A stretch of 49,580 bases of DNA from Candidatus Doudnabacteria bacterium (lineage in GTDB: Bacteria > Patescibacteriota > Doudnabacteria > UBA920 > VMFF01): assembly GCA_963840645.1 (NCBI GenBank), contig CAWIZL010000003.1, positions 1 to 49,580 of the forward strand. Direction: 5' to 3'. Both the position numbers and the translations under genes were made by a program. Positions within the stretch are counted from its first letter, which is position 1. Every line of letters starts with the position of its first letter. A model generated the notes under the pieces. That model ran no database searches. It had not been told where the DNA came from and was given only the letters and a program-made list of their open reading frames with translations. Below are positions 20,329-30,032 of the stretch, one piece after another.

Positions 20329-21910
20329 ATGTTCTCAAAAATAATTCGCAACGCAACAGTGGTAGACGGCACGGGCGCAGCCCCGCGCACTGCAGACGTG
20401 GCAATTGACGGCGATAAGATAGCGCAGGTCGGCAACCTGGCAGGCGCGTCTGCACAGCAGGAAATTGATGGCACAGGCAAGTACCTTGCCCCAGGCTTCA
20501 TAGACATCCAGAACCACTCTGACGTGTACTGGCTGCTGTTCGACAATCCAACAGCAGAGAGCATGGTAGCACAGGGCATCACCTCTGTCGTAGTCGGCAA
20601 CTGCGGCGCATCGCTCGCGCCAATACTTGGACCTGACGCGCTGCTGTCAATTCAGAAGTGGCACGACCTCAGCGGCATCAACGTGAACTGGGCAACGGTG
20701 GACGAGTACCTCAGCGCGCTCTCAAAGCTGGGGCTCGGCGTGAACGTTGGCACCCTCGTCGGCTACTCAACCCTCCGCCGCGCAATTGTCGGCGACGAGT
20801 CCAGGCAGCTGGACGCTGGCGAGCTCGCCTCTGTGCACCAGGCAATCCGCACGGGCATTCAGTCTGGGGCGTTCGGCGTGTCGTCTGGGCTTTCGTACAC
20901 CCACGAGTCGAGCATCACCACAGAGGAGCTCGCAGCCCTCGCAAACGTGGTGAAGGGCAGCGGCGCGTTCCTCTCGGCTCACGTGCGGTCTGAGGGTGAG
21001 CGGCTCGTCGAGGCAGTCGGAGAGGCGCTCGGCATTGCGGTGCAGTCTGGCGTGAGCCTAAAAATTTCACACCTCAAGGCTTCAGGCCGTGAGAACTGGC
21101 CAAAGCTGCCAGCTGCAGTTGCCATGCTGGAGCTGCGCGGCAAAGGCTCACGGCAACGTGGCGTTCGACGTGTACCCGTACAACTTTGTCTGGCAGGTGC
21201 TCTACATATACCTGCCAAAGTGGGCGTACCAAGGCGGGCGGTCATCGATGATTGCAAACTTAAAAGATCCCGCCACGCGCACAAAAATTTTAGACTACCT
21301 CGCGGGCGCACGGCAGGGCTACGCAGACCTCATCGTGACGAACACGTCAATGCCCATGAACGTGAATGGCAAGACGCTCGGCGACGTTGCCGGAAGGCTG
21401 GGCACAACCACAGAGGAAGCGCTGCTGACGCTGCTCGAGAACGGGGGCACCGAGGTGATGGTGTTCGATGAGTCAATGGACATGCACCAGGTGCAGCAGC
21501 TGGTGTGCCACCCGCTTTCGATGGTGGTCACAGACGGCGCAGGTTTCCCGCTGAACTGGAAGCACGGCTTGGTACACCCGCGCTCTTTCGGCGCAATGCC
21601 TAAGCTGCTGGAAATGGCGCTGTCTGAAAATTTGCTACCCATTGAGCAAGCCGTGCACAAAGTTACCGGCGCGCCAGCAGAGCTCTTCGGCCTTGCGGGT
21701 CGTGGCAAAATTGCACCTGGGTACGCAGCAGACCTGGTGCTCTTTGGCCAAGACGTGCACGCAACTGCCACAGCGCAGAACCCGTACCGTTTCCCAACTG
21801 GCATTCAGCTGGTGCTGGTGAACGGCACCGCAGCTGTTGAAGGTGGGCAGCTCATTGCTGGTGCATCGCCGCGCGGGCGTGGCAAGGTGCTGCGGAAAGG
21901 TGCAAGCTAG
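20329..21910 (+). CDS. N-acyl-D-amino-acid deacylase (D-aminoacylase, amidohydrolase); frameshift near 21135
   Basis: VVDGTG..ADVAI, PGFIDIQNHSD, GITSVVVGNCG, SAHVRSEG, ISHLK, HPRSFG, GRGKIAPGYAADLVLF. Confidence 0.9.
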
Positions 21911-23326
21911 TGAGCCATTCAATTTTTACAAGGCAGGCGAGTTGGCATTGTTGGCTTTGGCGTTGAGGGGCAGGCTGTTCTATCGTACCTCTCGAGCCAC
22001 GGCATTGCAGACGTCAAAATTTTTGATAGAAACCCAGAGCTGGCAAATGTCCCAGGCTACCTTGAGCACGTGGGCGAGTGCGACGTGCTCTTCAGGTCGC
22101 CCGGCGTTAGGCTCGACACGCCGGAGATTCAGGCAGCTGCAGCTGCTGGCACAGTGGTCACGTCGCAGGTGAAATTTTTCCTGCAGAACTGCAGCTCTAT
22201 GGTTGTTGGCGTGACCGGCACAAAGGGCAAGGGCACAACGTCCAGCCTCATCCACGCAATGCTCCAGGCATCTGGCAAGACGTCGCACCTCGCCGGCAAC
22301 TTTGGCGTTGGCGTGCTGCCGCTGCTCGATGTGCTGGCGCCAGAAGACTACGTTGTGCTCGAGCTGTCCAGCTTCCAGCTCATGGACGTTGACCGGAGTC
22401 CGCACGTTGCAGTGGTGCTCATGGTGACGAGCGCGCACCTCGACTACCACGAGACTGGCGAGGCGTACGTTTCAGCCAAGGAGAACATTACAAAGTTTCA
22501 GTCCTCGAAAGATTTCTCAGTGGTGAACGTGGATTTCCCGAGCTCTGTGAAGATTGGCTCGCTTGGCCATGCCCAGCGCTACTACGTGCAGACGGTTGAT
22601 AGAGAGCAGGCTGCCAGTGGCGCATCGTTTGCGGTGTACCAGCCAGAGAATTTTTTGAAAATAAAAGAAGGGGTGTACGCAGAGCAGGTGAACGGCGGGA
22701 TTTACAATGTCGAGAATGGCACCAGCGTGCGCATTGCTGCCGTGGGCGATTTCCAGCTGCGGGGCTTCCACAACGTTCAGAACATTGCAGCAGCGCTCGC
22801 GGTGTCAGATGTTTTAGAACTAGATCTGCAAAAATCTTTGGCAGCAGCAAAGGCGTTCAGAGGTTTGCCACACCGCTTAGAGCTGGTTGGCGAAGCTGGT
22901 GGCGTGCAGTTCTACAACGATTCAATTGGCACGACACCAGACAGCGCGCTCGCAGCTGTGCGTGCGTTTGCAGAGCCAGTGGTGGCCATTGTTGGAGGAC
23001 ACGACAGCGGCAGCAGCTACGTTGACATGGCGAACCACCTCAGCCGCCAGAAAAATTTAAAGGCTGTCGTGCTCATTGGCGAACTCGCACCCGCGATTCA
23101 GCAAGAGCTGGAGGGTCACGGCTTGCCAAAAACTGTGCACGTGGCAACTGGTGCAGCTTCCATGGATGAAGCTGTTGAGCAGGCGGCAAACTTTGCATCG
23201 AGCGGAGACGTTGTGGTGCTCGCACCTGGAGCCAGAGCTTTGGCATGTTCAAGCACTACAGAGACCGCGGCGAGCAGTTTCGAGCTGCTGTGGCAAGGAG
23301 GGGCGCTTAAGTGGTATCCGCTGTAA
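21910..23326 (+). CDS. murD: UDP-N-acetylmuramoyl-L-alanine--D-glutamate ligase; indels at both ends
   Basis: VGIVGFGVEG, FRSPGV, VTGTKGKGTT, VLELSSFQL, AHLDYH, GLPHRLE, FYNDSIGT; GTG 21910 overlaps the upstream TAG. Confidence 0.95.
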
Positions 23327-24458
23327 AAAAACATATTGCACGGGCGCACGGGCGCCTCGCCCACGTTGACTACTGGATGGTGGGCACTGTTACAGTCCTG
23401 CTCTTGTTCGGCCTCGCGGGTCCTGTACTCTGCGTCGACGGTCCAATCGTACACGGTGACAGGCCACTCGAACGCCTACTACTTCTTGCACCAGTTGGTG
23501 TACGGGGGCTTGGTTGGCGTCGTCCTCGCGTACGTGTGCAGCCGCATTGACTACCACTTCTGGCAGAAGGTGGCGCCGTGGGCAATCCTCGTTGCTGTTG
23601 CACTGCTCGTGGCTGTGCTCGTGCCGCACGTAGGCATCAAGGTTGGCGGCTCGCGCAGGTGGCTGAGCATCGGGCCGCTCGGCGTGATCCAGCCAGCAGA
23701 GCGTGAAGCTCGCGCTCGTGTTCTACATTGCATCGTGGGTTGACAGGCGCTCGGCTCAAATAGACAACTTCGTGTACGGCGTGCTGCCGTCGCTGGCCAT
23801 TGCAGGGCTCTGCAGCCTGCTCATACTCATAGAGCCAGACGTCGGCACAATGCTCGTGGTTTCCATTACCGCGCTCGTGATGCTGTTCGTCGGGGGCACG
23901 CAGGTCAAGCACCTGGGGGCAATTCTCGGCATTGCCGTTGTCGCGTTCTTGGTGCTCGTGGCTGTTGCGCCGTACCGCGTGGCCCGCTTCACCTCGTTCA
24001 TGAACCCAACTGCCGACACGCAGGGGATTGGCTACCAGGTGACGCAGGCAAAGGTTGCCATTGGCTCTGGCGGCCTGTGGGGCTACGGCTACGGCAACTC
24101 TCAGGCAAAAGACAACTACCTGCCAGAGGTCATGGGCGATTCCATTTTTGCCGTCACGGTTGAAGAGCTCGGCGCCATCGGCGGCAGCCTCGTGGTGCTC
24201 GCGTTCGTGTTCTTTGCGCTGCGCGGGTTGCTCATTGCACGCGGGGCGCCAGATACGTTTGGCAGGATGCTGGCCACTGGCATTGTGACGTGGGTCACCG
24301 TGGAGGCGCTCATCAACATCGGTGCTATAATAGGTCTGCTGCCGCTCACGGGCATTCCGCTGCCGTTCATTTCGTACGGGTCTTCAGCGCTGACCGTGAC
24401 GCTCGCCGCAGTGGGAATTCTGCTAAACGTCTCAAAGCACAGTGACAGCACCTACTGA
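23311..24458 (+). CDS. ftsW: SEDS peptidoglycan glycosyltransferase FtsW; indels near 23420 and 23700
   Basis: GGSRRWL, QPAE, EPDVGT, GYQVTQAKVAIGSGG, YLPEVMGDSIF, GIPLPFISYGSS. Confidence 0.9.
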
Positions 24459-26680
24459 GAAACAAAAATTTTTTGACATGGGGGGCATGGCGCTCCGGCA
24501 GCCGCCGCAGCGGCAGCTTTCTGCTGCTGAAATTATGGCGAAGCTGGATCCAGCAGAACTGTCGCACGAGGAGCTGGCAGAAGAGCCACGTAGTGAAGCT
24601 GAACCAGATGATAGGAACTTTGGCCTGTACGTAGAGCACACTGTATTTCGCACGGTGAATACTGCTACACCCCGCCGCAGCCTGCAGTGGCGCAGCCTCT
24701 TGCCCCAGCTGGCAACGTTCGCCGTTGTTGCCATTGTGGTGCTCGGTTCAATTCAGGGCGCAAAGATTTTTGCCTCAACGCTGCAGGCGCGCTCAGTGGT
24801 GCTCGGCGCTGCGACGAACGCCATTGCGCACTTAGAGTCAGCGCAGTCGCTCATTGGGCAGAGCAACATTGCGGGTTCACAGCAGCAGCTCACGCTCGCG
24901 CAGCAGGGCTTCAGCCAGGCCCAGCAAAACTTGCAGAGCCTAGGTGGCCTGCTCAACGGCGTTGTGCTCGCGAGCGTTCAAGGCCGCAGCGCATCGAGCC
25001 TCATTGACGCTGGCAGCGCAATCACCGCTGCTGGCCAGCAGCTTGCCTCTTTCTACTCGCTCAGCTCAGAGCTGACAGTGAACGTTTCCGGCGTCTCTGC
25101 CCAGGCAACGCAGGGGAAGCCCCAAAGTTTTTCTTCAACTGCAGCGTCTGCTGCTGGCTACCTGAGCGCAGCGCACGATGATGTCCAGCGTGCGAGCCAA
25201 GACATCCAGCAGGTTGACCAGCGCAGCCTGCAGCTCCAGTACCGAGCTGCGTTCGCGCAGTACAGCGCAGAGCTGCCCGCGCTGGCCGCCACGCTCGGCG
25301 ATGCATCAGGCGCGGTGAGCATGTTCTCGAGCCTCGTCGGGCCTGGCCAAAGTCAGTCCTTGTGCTCTTTGAGAACAACAACGAGCTGCGGCCTGATGGC
25401 GGCTTCATTGGCACGTACGGGTTCTTCAAGTTCAACAGTGGACAGATTCAGAGCCAGCAAATTTCCAGCGTCTACGACCTCGATGGGCAGCTCGCTGCCG
25501 GTGCGGCAAAGGTTGCGCCGCCCGGCCCGTTCTACGCTGCAACAGATTCTTGGGGGCTGCGCGACTCAAACTGGTTCGCAGACTTCAGCCAGTCCGCGAG
25601 GGCGGCATCGAGCTTCTACGAGGAGACTGGGCACGAGACACCTGATGCAGTGGTTGCCATCACGCCAGACGTTTTCGTTGACCTCTTAAAAATTACAGGT
25701 CCAATCAATTTTCCAAAGTACAACGTGACGCTCACCTCTGGTAATTTCCGCGACCTCGTGCAGGAGAACACATCTGACCAGGCGTCTGCTGCGCCAAAGC
25801 AAATGCTGTCAGATTTTGCGCCGCTCCTCATGCAGCACGTGGCCTCGCTGCCCGGCTCTGACTCTGGAGCAGTCCTCGGAGTGCTCGTTCAAAACTTGGC
25901 GGATAAAAACATTCTGCTGTACTCGTCAGACCCTGCTGTCGAGGCACGGCTCGTGCAGTACAACTGGGCAGGTACCATTGCGAACACGCCGCAGAACGGC
26001 GGCGACTACCTCGACATTGTGAACGCCAACATTGGGGGCGAGAAGACAGACCTGAGCGTGGCGCAGGCAGCGTCGCTCGGGAGCACCGTGCAGCAAGACG
26101 GCTCTGTGGTGGACACACTCACGTACACGCGGAGCAGGCCTCAAGGTTCGGCGGCAGGCGGCACGGACACAGACAGCACGGTCAACACAGACTACGTGCG
26201 CGTCCTTGTGCCAAACGGCAGCGTGCTCGTGAGCGCAACAGGCTTCACGCAGGAGCCGTACCATAAATCTGACGGGAGCGCGTACACGTGGGAGAGCCCG
26301 GCTCCTTCACCATTGACCCAGACCTCGCAGCCATTGATGCGACAGCGAGCGTTGACCCTGTCACTGGCACTGTCACAGAGCAGGAGGCTGGCAAGACAGA
26401 GTTTGCCAACTGGGTTGACGTTGCACCTGGCCAGTCTGCCACGGTGACACTCGTGTACAAGCTGCCGTTCAAGGTGGGGGATGCAGGCACGTACAGCCTC
26501 ACGCTGCAGAAGCAGCCTGGCAATAACCCAATTGATTTTTCGTACACGTTCACGCCCGGCCGCCAAATTATCTGGTACACGCCGAGCACGCTAGACAGCA
26601 CAGCTGTGCAAGCTGGCACGGTTCAGTACAGCGCGCCGCTGACCTCAGACACTTTTATAGGCGAGCTGTTCCATGACTAG
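24442..26680 (+). CDS. DUF4012-domain membrane-anchored protein; several indels
   Basis: TM helix, coiled-coil region, LFENNNELRPDGGFIGTYG, LRDSNWFADF, NIGGEKTD, YSLTLQKQPG across ORFs 24442..25689, 25362..26447, 26288..26680. Confidence 0.8.
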
Positions 26681-28256
26681 CATGACCAAGGGCAGCATTG
26701 CGAAGTCCGCCGCAACCATTGGCGTGTTCACGCTGCTCTCGCGCTTCGTGGGTTTGTGGCGCGACATCACCCTCGCGTCGCACATTGGGCCAGGCGATTT
26801 GCTCGACGCGTACAACGCCGCATTCCGCATCCCAGACTTCATGTTCAACCTGCTCGTGCTCGGTACGCTGTCGGTGGCGTTCATCCCGGTGTTCACAGAG
26901 TACTTCTTGAAGGACAAGGCAGAGGCAGAGAAAATTGCAAACACGGTGCTGAACGTCTCGTCCATTGCAATGGCTGTGCTCATGGGACTGCTGTTTATTC
27001 TTCTGCGACAGGTCACGGCAATCATTGTGCCTGGATTCACGGGCGCAAAGCTAGCAACAATGGAGTCGCTCACGCGGCTGTTCTTGCTGTCGCCAATTAT
27101 CTTTACCATCTCCAACGTGTTCGGCAGCATGCTGAACTCGTGGAAGCGATTCCTCATTACGTCCATTGCGCCGGTGCTCTACAACCTGGGGATTATTTTC
27201 GGCATCTACTTCCTGTACCCGCACTTTGGCGCAGCTGGCCTTGCGTACGGCGTGCTCATTGGCGCAGCGTGCCACTTGCTGCTACAGGCTGGGGCAGTGT
27301 TCAAGCTCGGCTGGCGCTACAGTCTAGACTTCGCCTGGCGCGACAGAGGAGTTGTGAAAATTTTTAAGCTCTTCGTGCCGCTCATCGTGAGCCTTGACCC
27401 AGGGCAGGTCAGCTTACTGATTGCAACCATCATTGGTTCCACGCTCGCGTCTGGCAGCATTTCCATTTTTAACTTGGCCAGCAACTTGGGTGCCGTGCCG
27501 CTGGGCATCTTCGCGTTCTCAGTTGCTGTTGCCGCGTTTCCAAATTTGTCTGAGGCGTACGCAAAGCGCGATGAGGTTGAGTTCGGCAACATCTTTCGCA
27601 GGTCAGCCATGAACATCCTGTTCTTCATTGTGCCAATATCGCTCTTGATGTTCGTGCTGCGCAACCAGGTTATCCAGGTTGCATTCGAGCGCGGGCTCTT
27701 CACGCAGCAGGATGCGGCTCTCACGGCAGCCTCATTTGGATTTTTCGCAGCCAGCATCTGGGCGCAGGCACTCGCATCGCTTTTGTCGCGCGTATTTTAT
27801 GCCAGGCAAAATACCATTGTGCCAGTGCTCACCGGCTTGGTTTCAATTGCCATTAACGCTGTTGGCGCTTACTTCTTAGGTCGAGCGTACGGCGTTGTAG
27901 GTTTGGTTGCAGGCTTCACGCTATCATCGTTCTTTGATGTTGGCCTGTTGGCAGTGTTCTTGCTGCCACGGTTGCCTAGCTTTGAGTTCAAGCCGTTGCT
28001 CACGCCAGTGCTGAAGTTGCTTGCGGCAAGTGCCGTGATGGCAGTTGCCACGTACGTTGCTCTGTTCCCAATCGCAGCTGCTATCCACCCAACAGGAACA
28101 ATCACCACATTCATTCAAGGCTTTGCAGCTGGCGTAGTTGGCATTGCGGTGTTCGCTGCGGCGGCAGCAATTTTAAAAATTGACCAGGCCAGGTACGCGT
28201 GGCGCATGCTTAAGGCAAAGCTTTTGCCCAGCAGGGGAACAATAGAGCCTCTGTAA
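26673..28256 (+). CDS. murJ: lipid II flippase MurJ (MviN)
   Basis: SRFVGLWRD, DAYNAAFRIPD, VAFIP, VPLGIF, RVFYARQNT; intact 527-aa ORF. Confidence 0.95.
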   Translation: MTSMTKGSIAKSAATIGVFTLLSRFVGLWRDITLASHIGPGDLLDAYNAAFRIPDFMFNLLVLGTLSVAFIPVFTEYFLKDKAEAEKIANTVLNVSSIAMAVLMGLLFILLRQVTAIIVPGFTGAKLATMESLTRLFLLSPIIFTISNVFGSMLNSWKRFLITSIAPVLYNLGIIFGIYFLYPHFGAAGLAYGVLIGAACHLLLQAGAVFKLGWRYSLDFAWRDRGVVKIFKLFVPLIVSLDPGQVSLLIATIIGSTLASGSISIFNLASNLGAVPLGIFAFSVAVAAFPNLSEAYAKRDEVEFGNIFRRSAMNILFFIVPISLLMFVLRNQVIQVAFERGLFTQQDAALTAASFGFFAASIWAQALASLLSRVFYARQNTIVPVLTGLVSIAINAVGAYFLGRAYGVVGLVAGFTLSSFFDVGLLAVFLLPRLPSFEFKPLLTPVLKLLAASAVMAVATYVALFPIAAAIHPTGTITTFIQGFAAGVVGIAVFAAAAAILKIDQARYAWRMLKAKLLPSRGTIEPL

Positions 28257-28276
28257 AAAAGTGTAAATATAAAAAA

Positions 28277-28297
28277 GGCACGCGAGCGGCGCGTGCC
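28277..28297 (-). terminator. intrinsic terminator for the 28305..28640 gene
   Basis: GGCACGCG/CGCGTGCC stem followed by TTTTTT on the minus strand. Confidence 0.65.
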
Positions 28298-28304
28298 ACG
28301 AGGT

Positions 28305-28640
28305 TCAGCGAGCCAAGGCAGCCAACAGTTCATCCTGGTGCTTTTCCCAGTCACGGTGCTTCAGGCACTCGTAGCACTTTAGGTGAACCCACGGTATCTT
28401 CTTCACCTGTGTCATGAAGACCTTCACCTGTTCTCGGTGAATGCGGTTTGTTACTGCGCCGTGTATTCTCAGGTGAACGCAGCTCAAGTTCAGAGCTGAT
28501 TTTTTGGAAAGAGACCAGTATCGCCTGTGCGTGTAGTTCTGGTCGAAGCTACAACCCAAGCCATCCATGAGCAACGTTATTTTCTTGACCGTACTTTTAA
28601 TGGCCGGCGTTGTCCCTATAATGGCCAGCTCAAAATTCAT
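28305..28640 (-). CDS. hypothetical basic protein (111 aa)
   Basis: AGGAGGA SD 6 nt before ATG, TGCTATACT upstream, terminator downstream; CYEC near C-terminus. Confidence 0.6.
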   Translation of the reverse strand: MNFELAIIGTTPAIKSTVKKITLLMDGLGCSFDQNYTHRRYWSLSKKSALNLSCVHLRIHGAVTNRIHREQVKVFMTQVKKIPWVHLKCYECLKHRDWEKHQDELLAALAR

Positions 28641-28732
28641 TCAGTATCCTCCTGGTTGGTTTTAGTACATCAGTAGTATAGCAGAAAGAAAACATGTACC
28701 GAAACTTGATGCCTGCTGGATGGCTGAACGTT

Positions 28733-29875
28733 CTACTCACTGAAAATATCTACGTACCTTTTGTATATGTAGGATTGCCCATATTTTTTATCCCCATCCT
28801 TTTTTGTAAGGATGCCCATTTTGACGAAACGGTTTATGACTGTCTGAGCGCCGACCCTTGAGAAGCCCGTCCACGCCTGAAGTAGCCCAACGTTTACAAT
28901 TGGTTGAGCGTAAAGCTTTGGTAAGACCAGAGCCGCACTCTCGGATGAACGTTTGCCGAGCATTTGAATCTTCATTAGATTTTTTTCACGCAGCGCGGTG
29001 ATTTTGCTTACCGTTACAATTGCCTCTTGCGCAATTTCAATAACACCGTCTAAGAAGAAGCCTAGCCACTCAGACACATTGCCAAAATGGTAACCAAACA
29101 GCTTCTCGTAGTAAAGCTTTTGGTTTCTCTTAAAGTAAGAAGATAGGAACAGCACAGGTTTCTCGAGGTAGCCTTCTTTCCAAAGGTAAAAAGTTATGAG
29201 CATTCGACCTGTTCTCCCATTGCCATCGAGGAAGGGGTGGATTGTTTCGAATTGCGCGTGGATCAATGCGGCTTTAACAGGTACGAGCGCTTGGTCATCC
29301 ACATGCATGAATTTTTCAAGATCACCAAGCGCGCCTCGCATTTCTTCAACTGGAGGTGGAACAAACCTTGCGTTGTCTGGGCGGGTTCCGCCAATCCAAT
29401 TTTGAGTTTTCCTAAACTCACCAGGGTCAGAGAAGTGGGTGGCACGTGCTTTGTGCATGAGCTGTTCGTGCAGTTCTCGTATGAAACGAAGAGAGATAGG
29501 GAAATCGTCTTGGGTTACCCTCCTCATACCGTAGTTGAGAGCTTGTATGTAGTGCAAAATGTCATCAACGTCTTCTGGTACATCTGCGTTTGCATGTGCC
29601 CCTGCCTCAATTGCATTGATCATTGTGGCCATAGTCCCTTCAATTTGACTCGAAGAAGCGGCATCTTTTCTGAGGTACATGAGCAAGAAAAAATCGGCAT
29701 CCGGTAAAAGTTTGGTGATGCCATCAAGTTTTCCAAGTAGCCGTGCTGCCTCTGTATTTTTCTTTAGAATTACTGGGTCAAGTTTAAGAGCCTCCACTGG
29801 AGGGAAAACTCCTGGAATAAAAGCCTTAAAACCTTCTTTTTGTTGCCTCAGATCCCCAATCTTTACCAGTTTCAT
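28733..29875 (-). CDS. Fic family protein (class II-like, with C-terminal HTH-like region)
   Basis: catalytic HPFLDGNGRTGR, N-terminal inhibitory-type SSQIEG. Confidence 0.93.
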   Translation of the reverse strand: MKLVKIGDLRQQKEGFKAFIPGVFPPVEALKLDPVILKKNTEAARLLGKLDGITKLLPDADFFLLMYLRKDAASSSQIEGTMATMINAIEAGAHANADVPEDVDDILHYIQALNYGMRRVTQDDFPISLRFIRELHEQLMHKARATHFSDPGEFRKTQNWIGGTRPDNARFVPPPVEEMRGALGDLEKFMHVDDQALVPVKAALIHAQFETIHPFLDGNGRTGRMLITFYLWKEGYLEKPVLFLSSYFKRNQKLYYEKLFGYHFGNVSEWLGFFLDGVIEIAQEAIVTVSKITALREKNLMKIQMLGKRSSESAALVLPKLYAQPIVNVGLLQAWTGFSRVGAQTVINRFVKMGILTKKDGDKKYGQSYIYKRYVDIFSE

Positions 29876-29876
29876 G

Positions 29877-29950
29877 TTTGCTTACATCTTTTTATGAATG
29901 TAAACAAAGTATATAGGTTTGTTTACATTTAGTCAAGCAATGTAAACAAA
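29877..29950 (-). promoter_or_regulatory. fic promoter overlaid by repeated operator-like boxes
   Basis: TTGACT (29936-29931), 17 nt, TATACT (29913-29908); AATGTAAACAAA at 29897-29908 and 29939-29950, inverted copy at 29918-29929, degenerate copy at 29877-29887. Confidence 0.7.
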
Positions 29951-30032
29951 CCACGTGGGGATAACTAAGAACAATCTAAAGTAATCATAAAATGCAATGA
30001 ATTTATAGATTCTTTTCTGCTATACTACCCCC

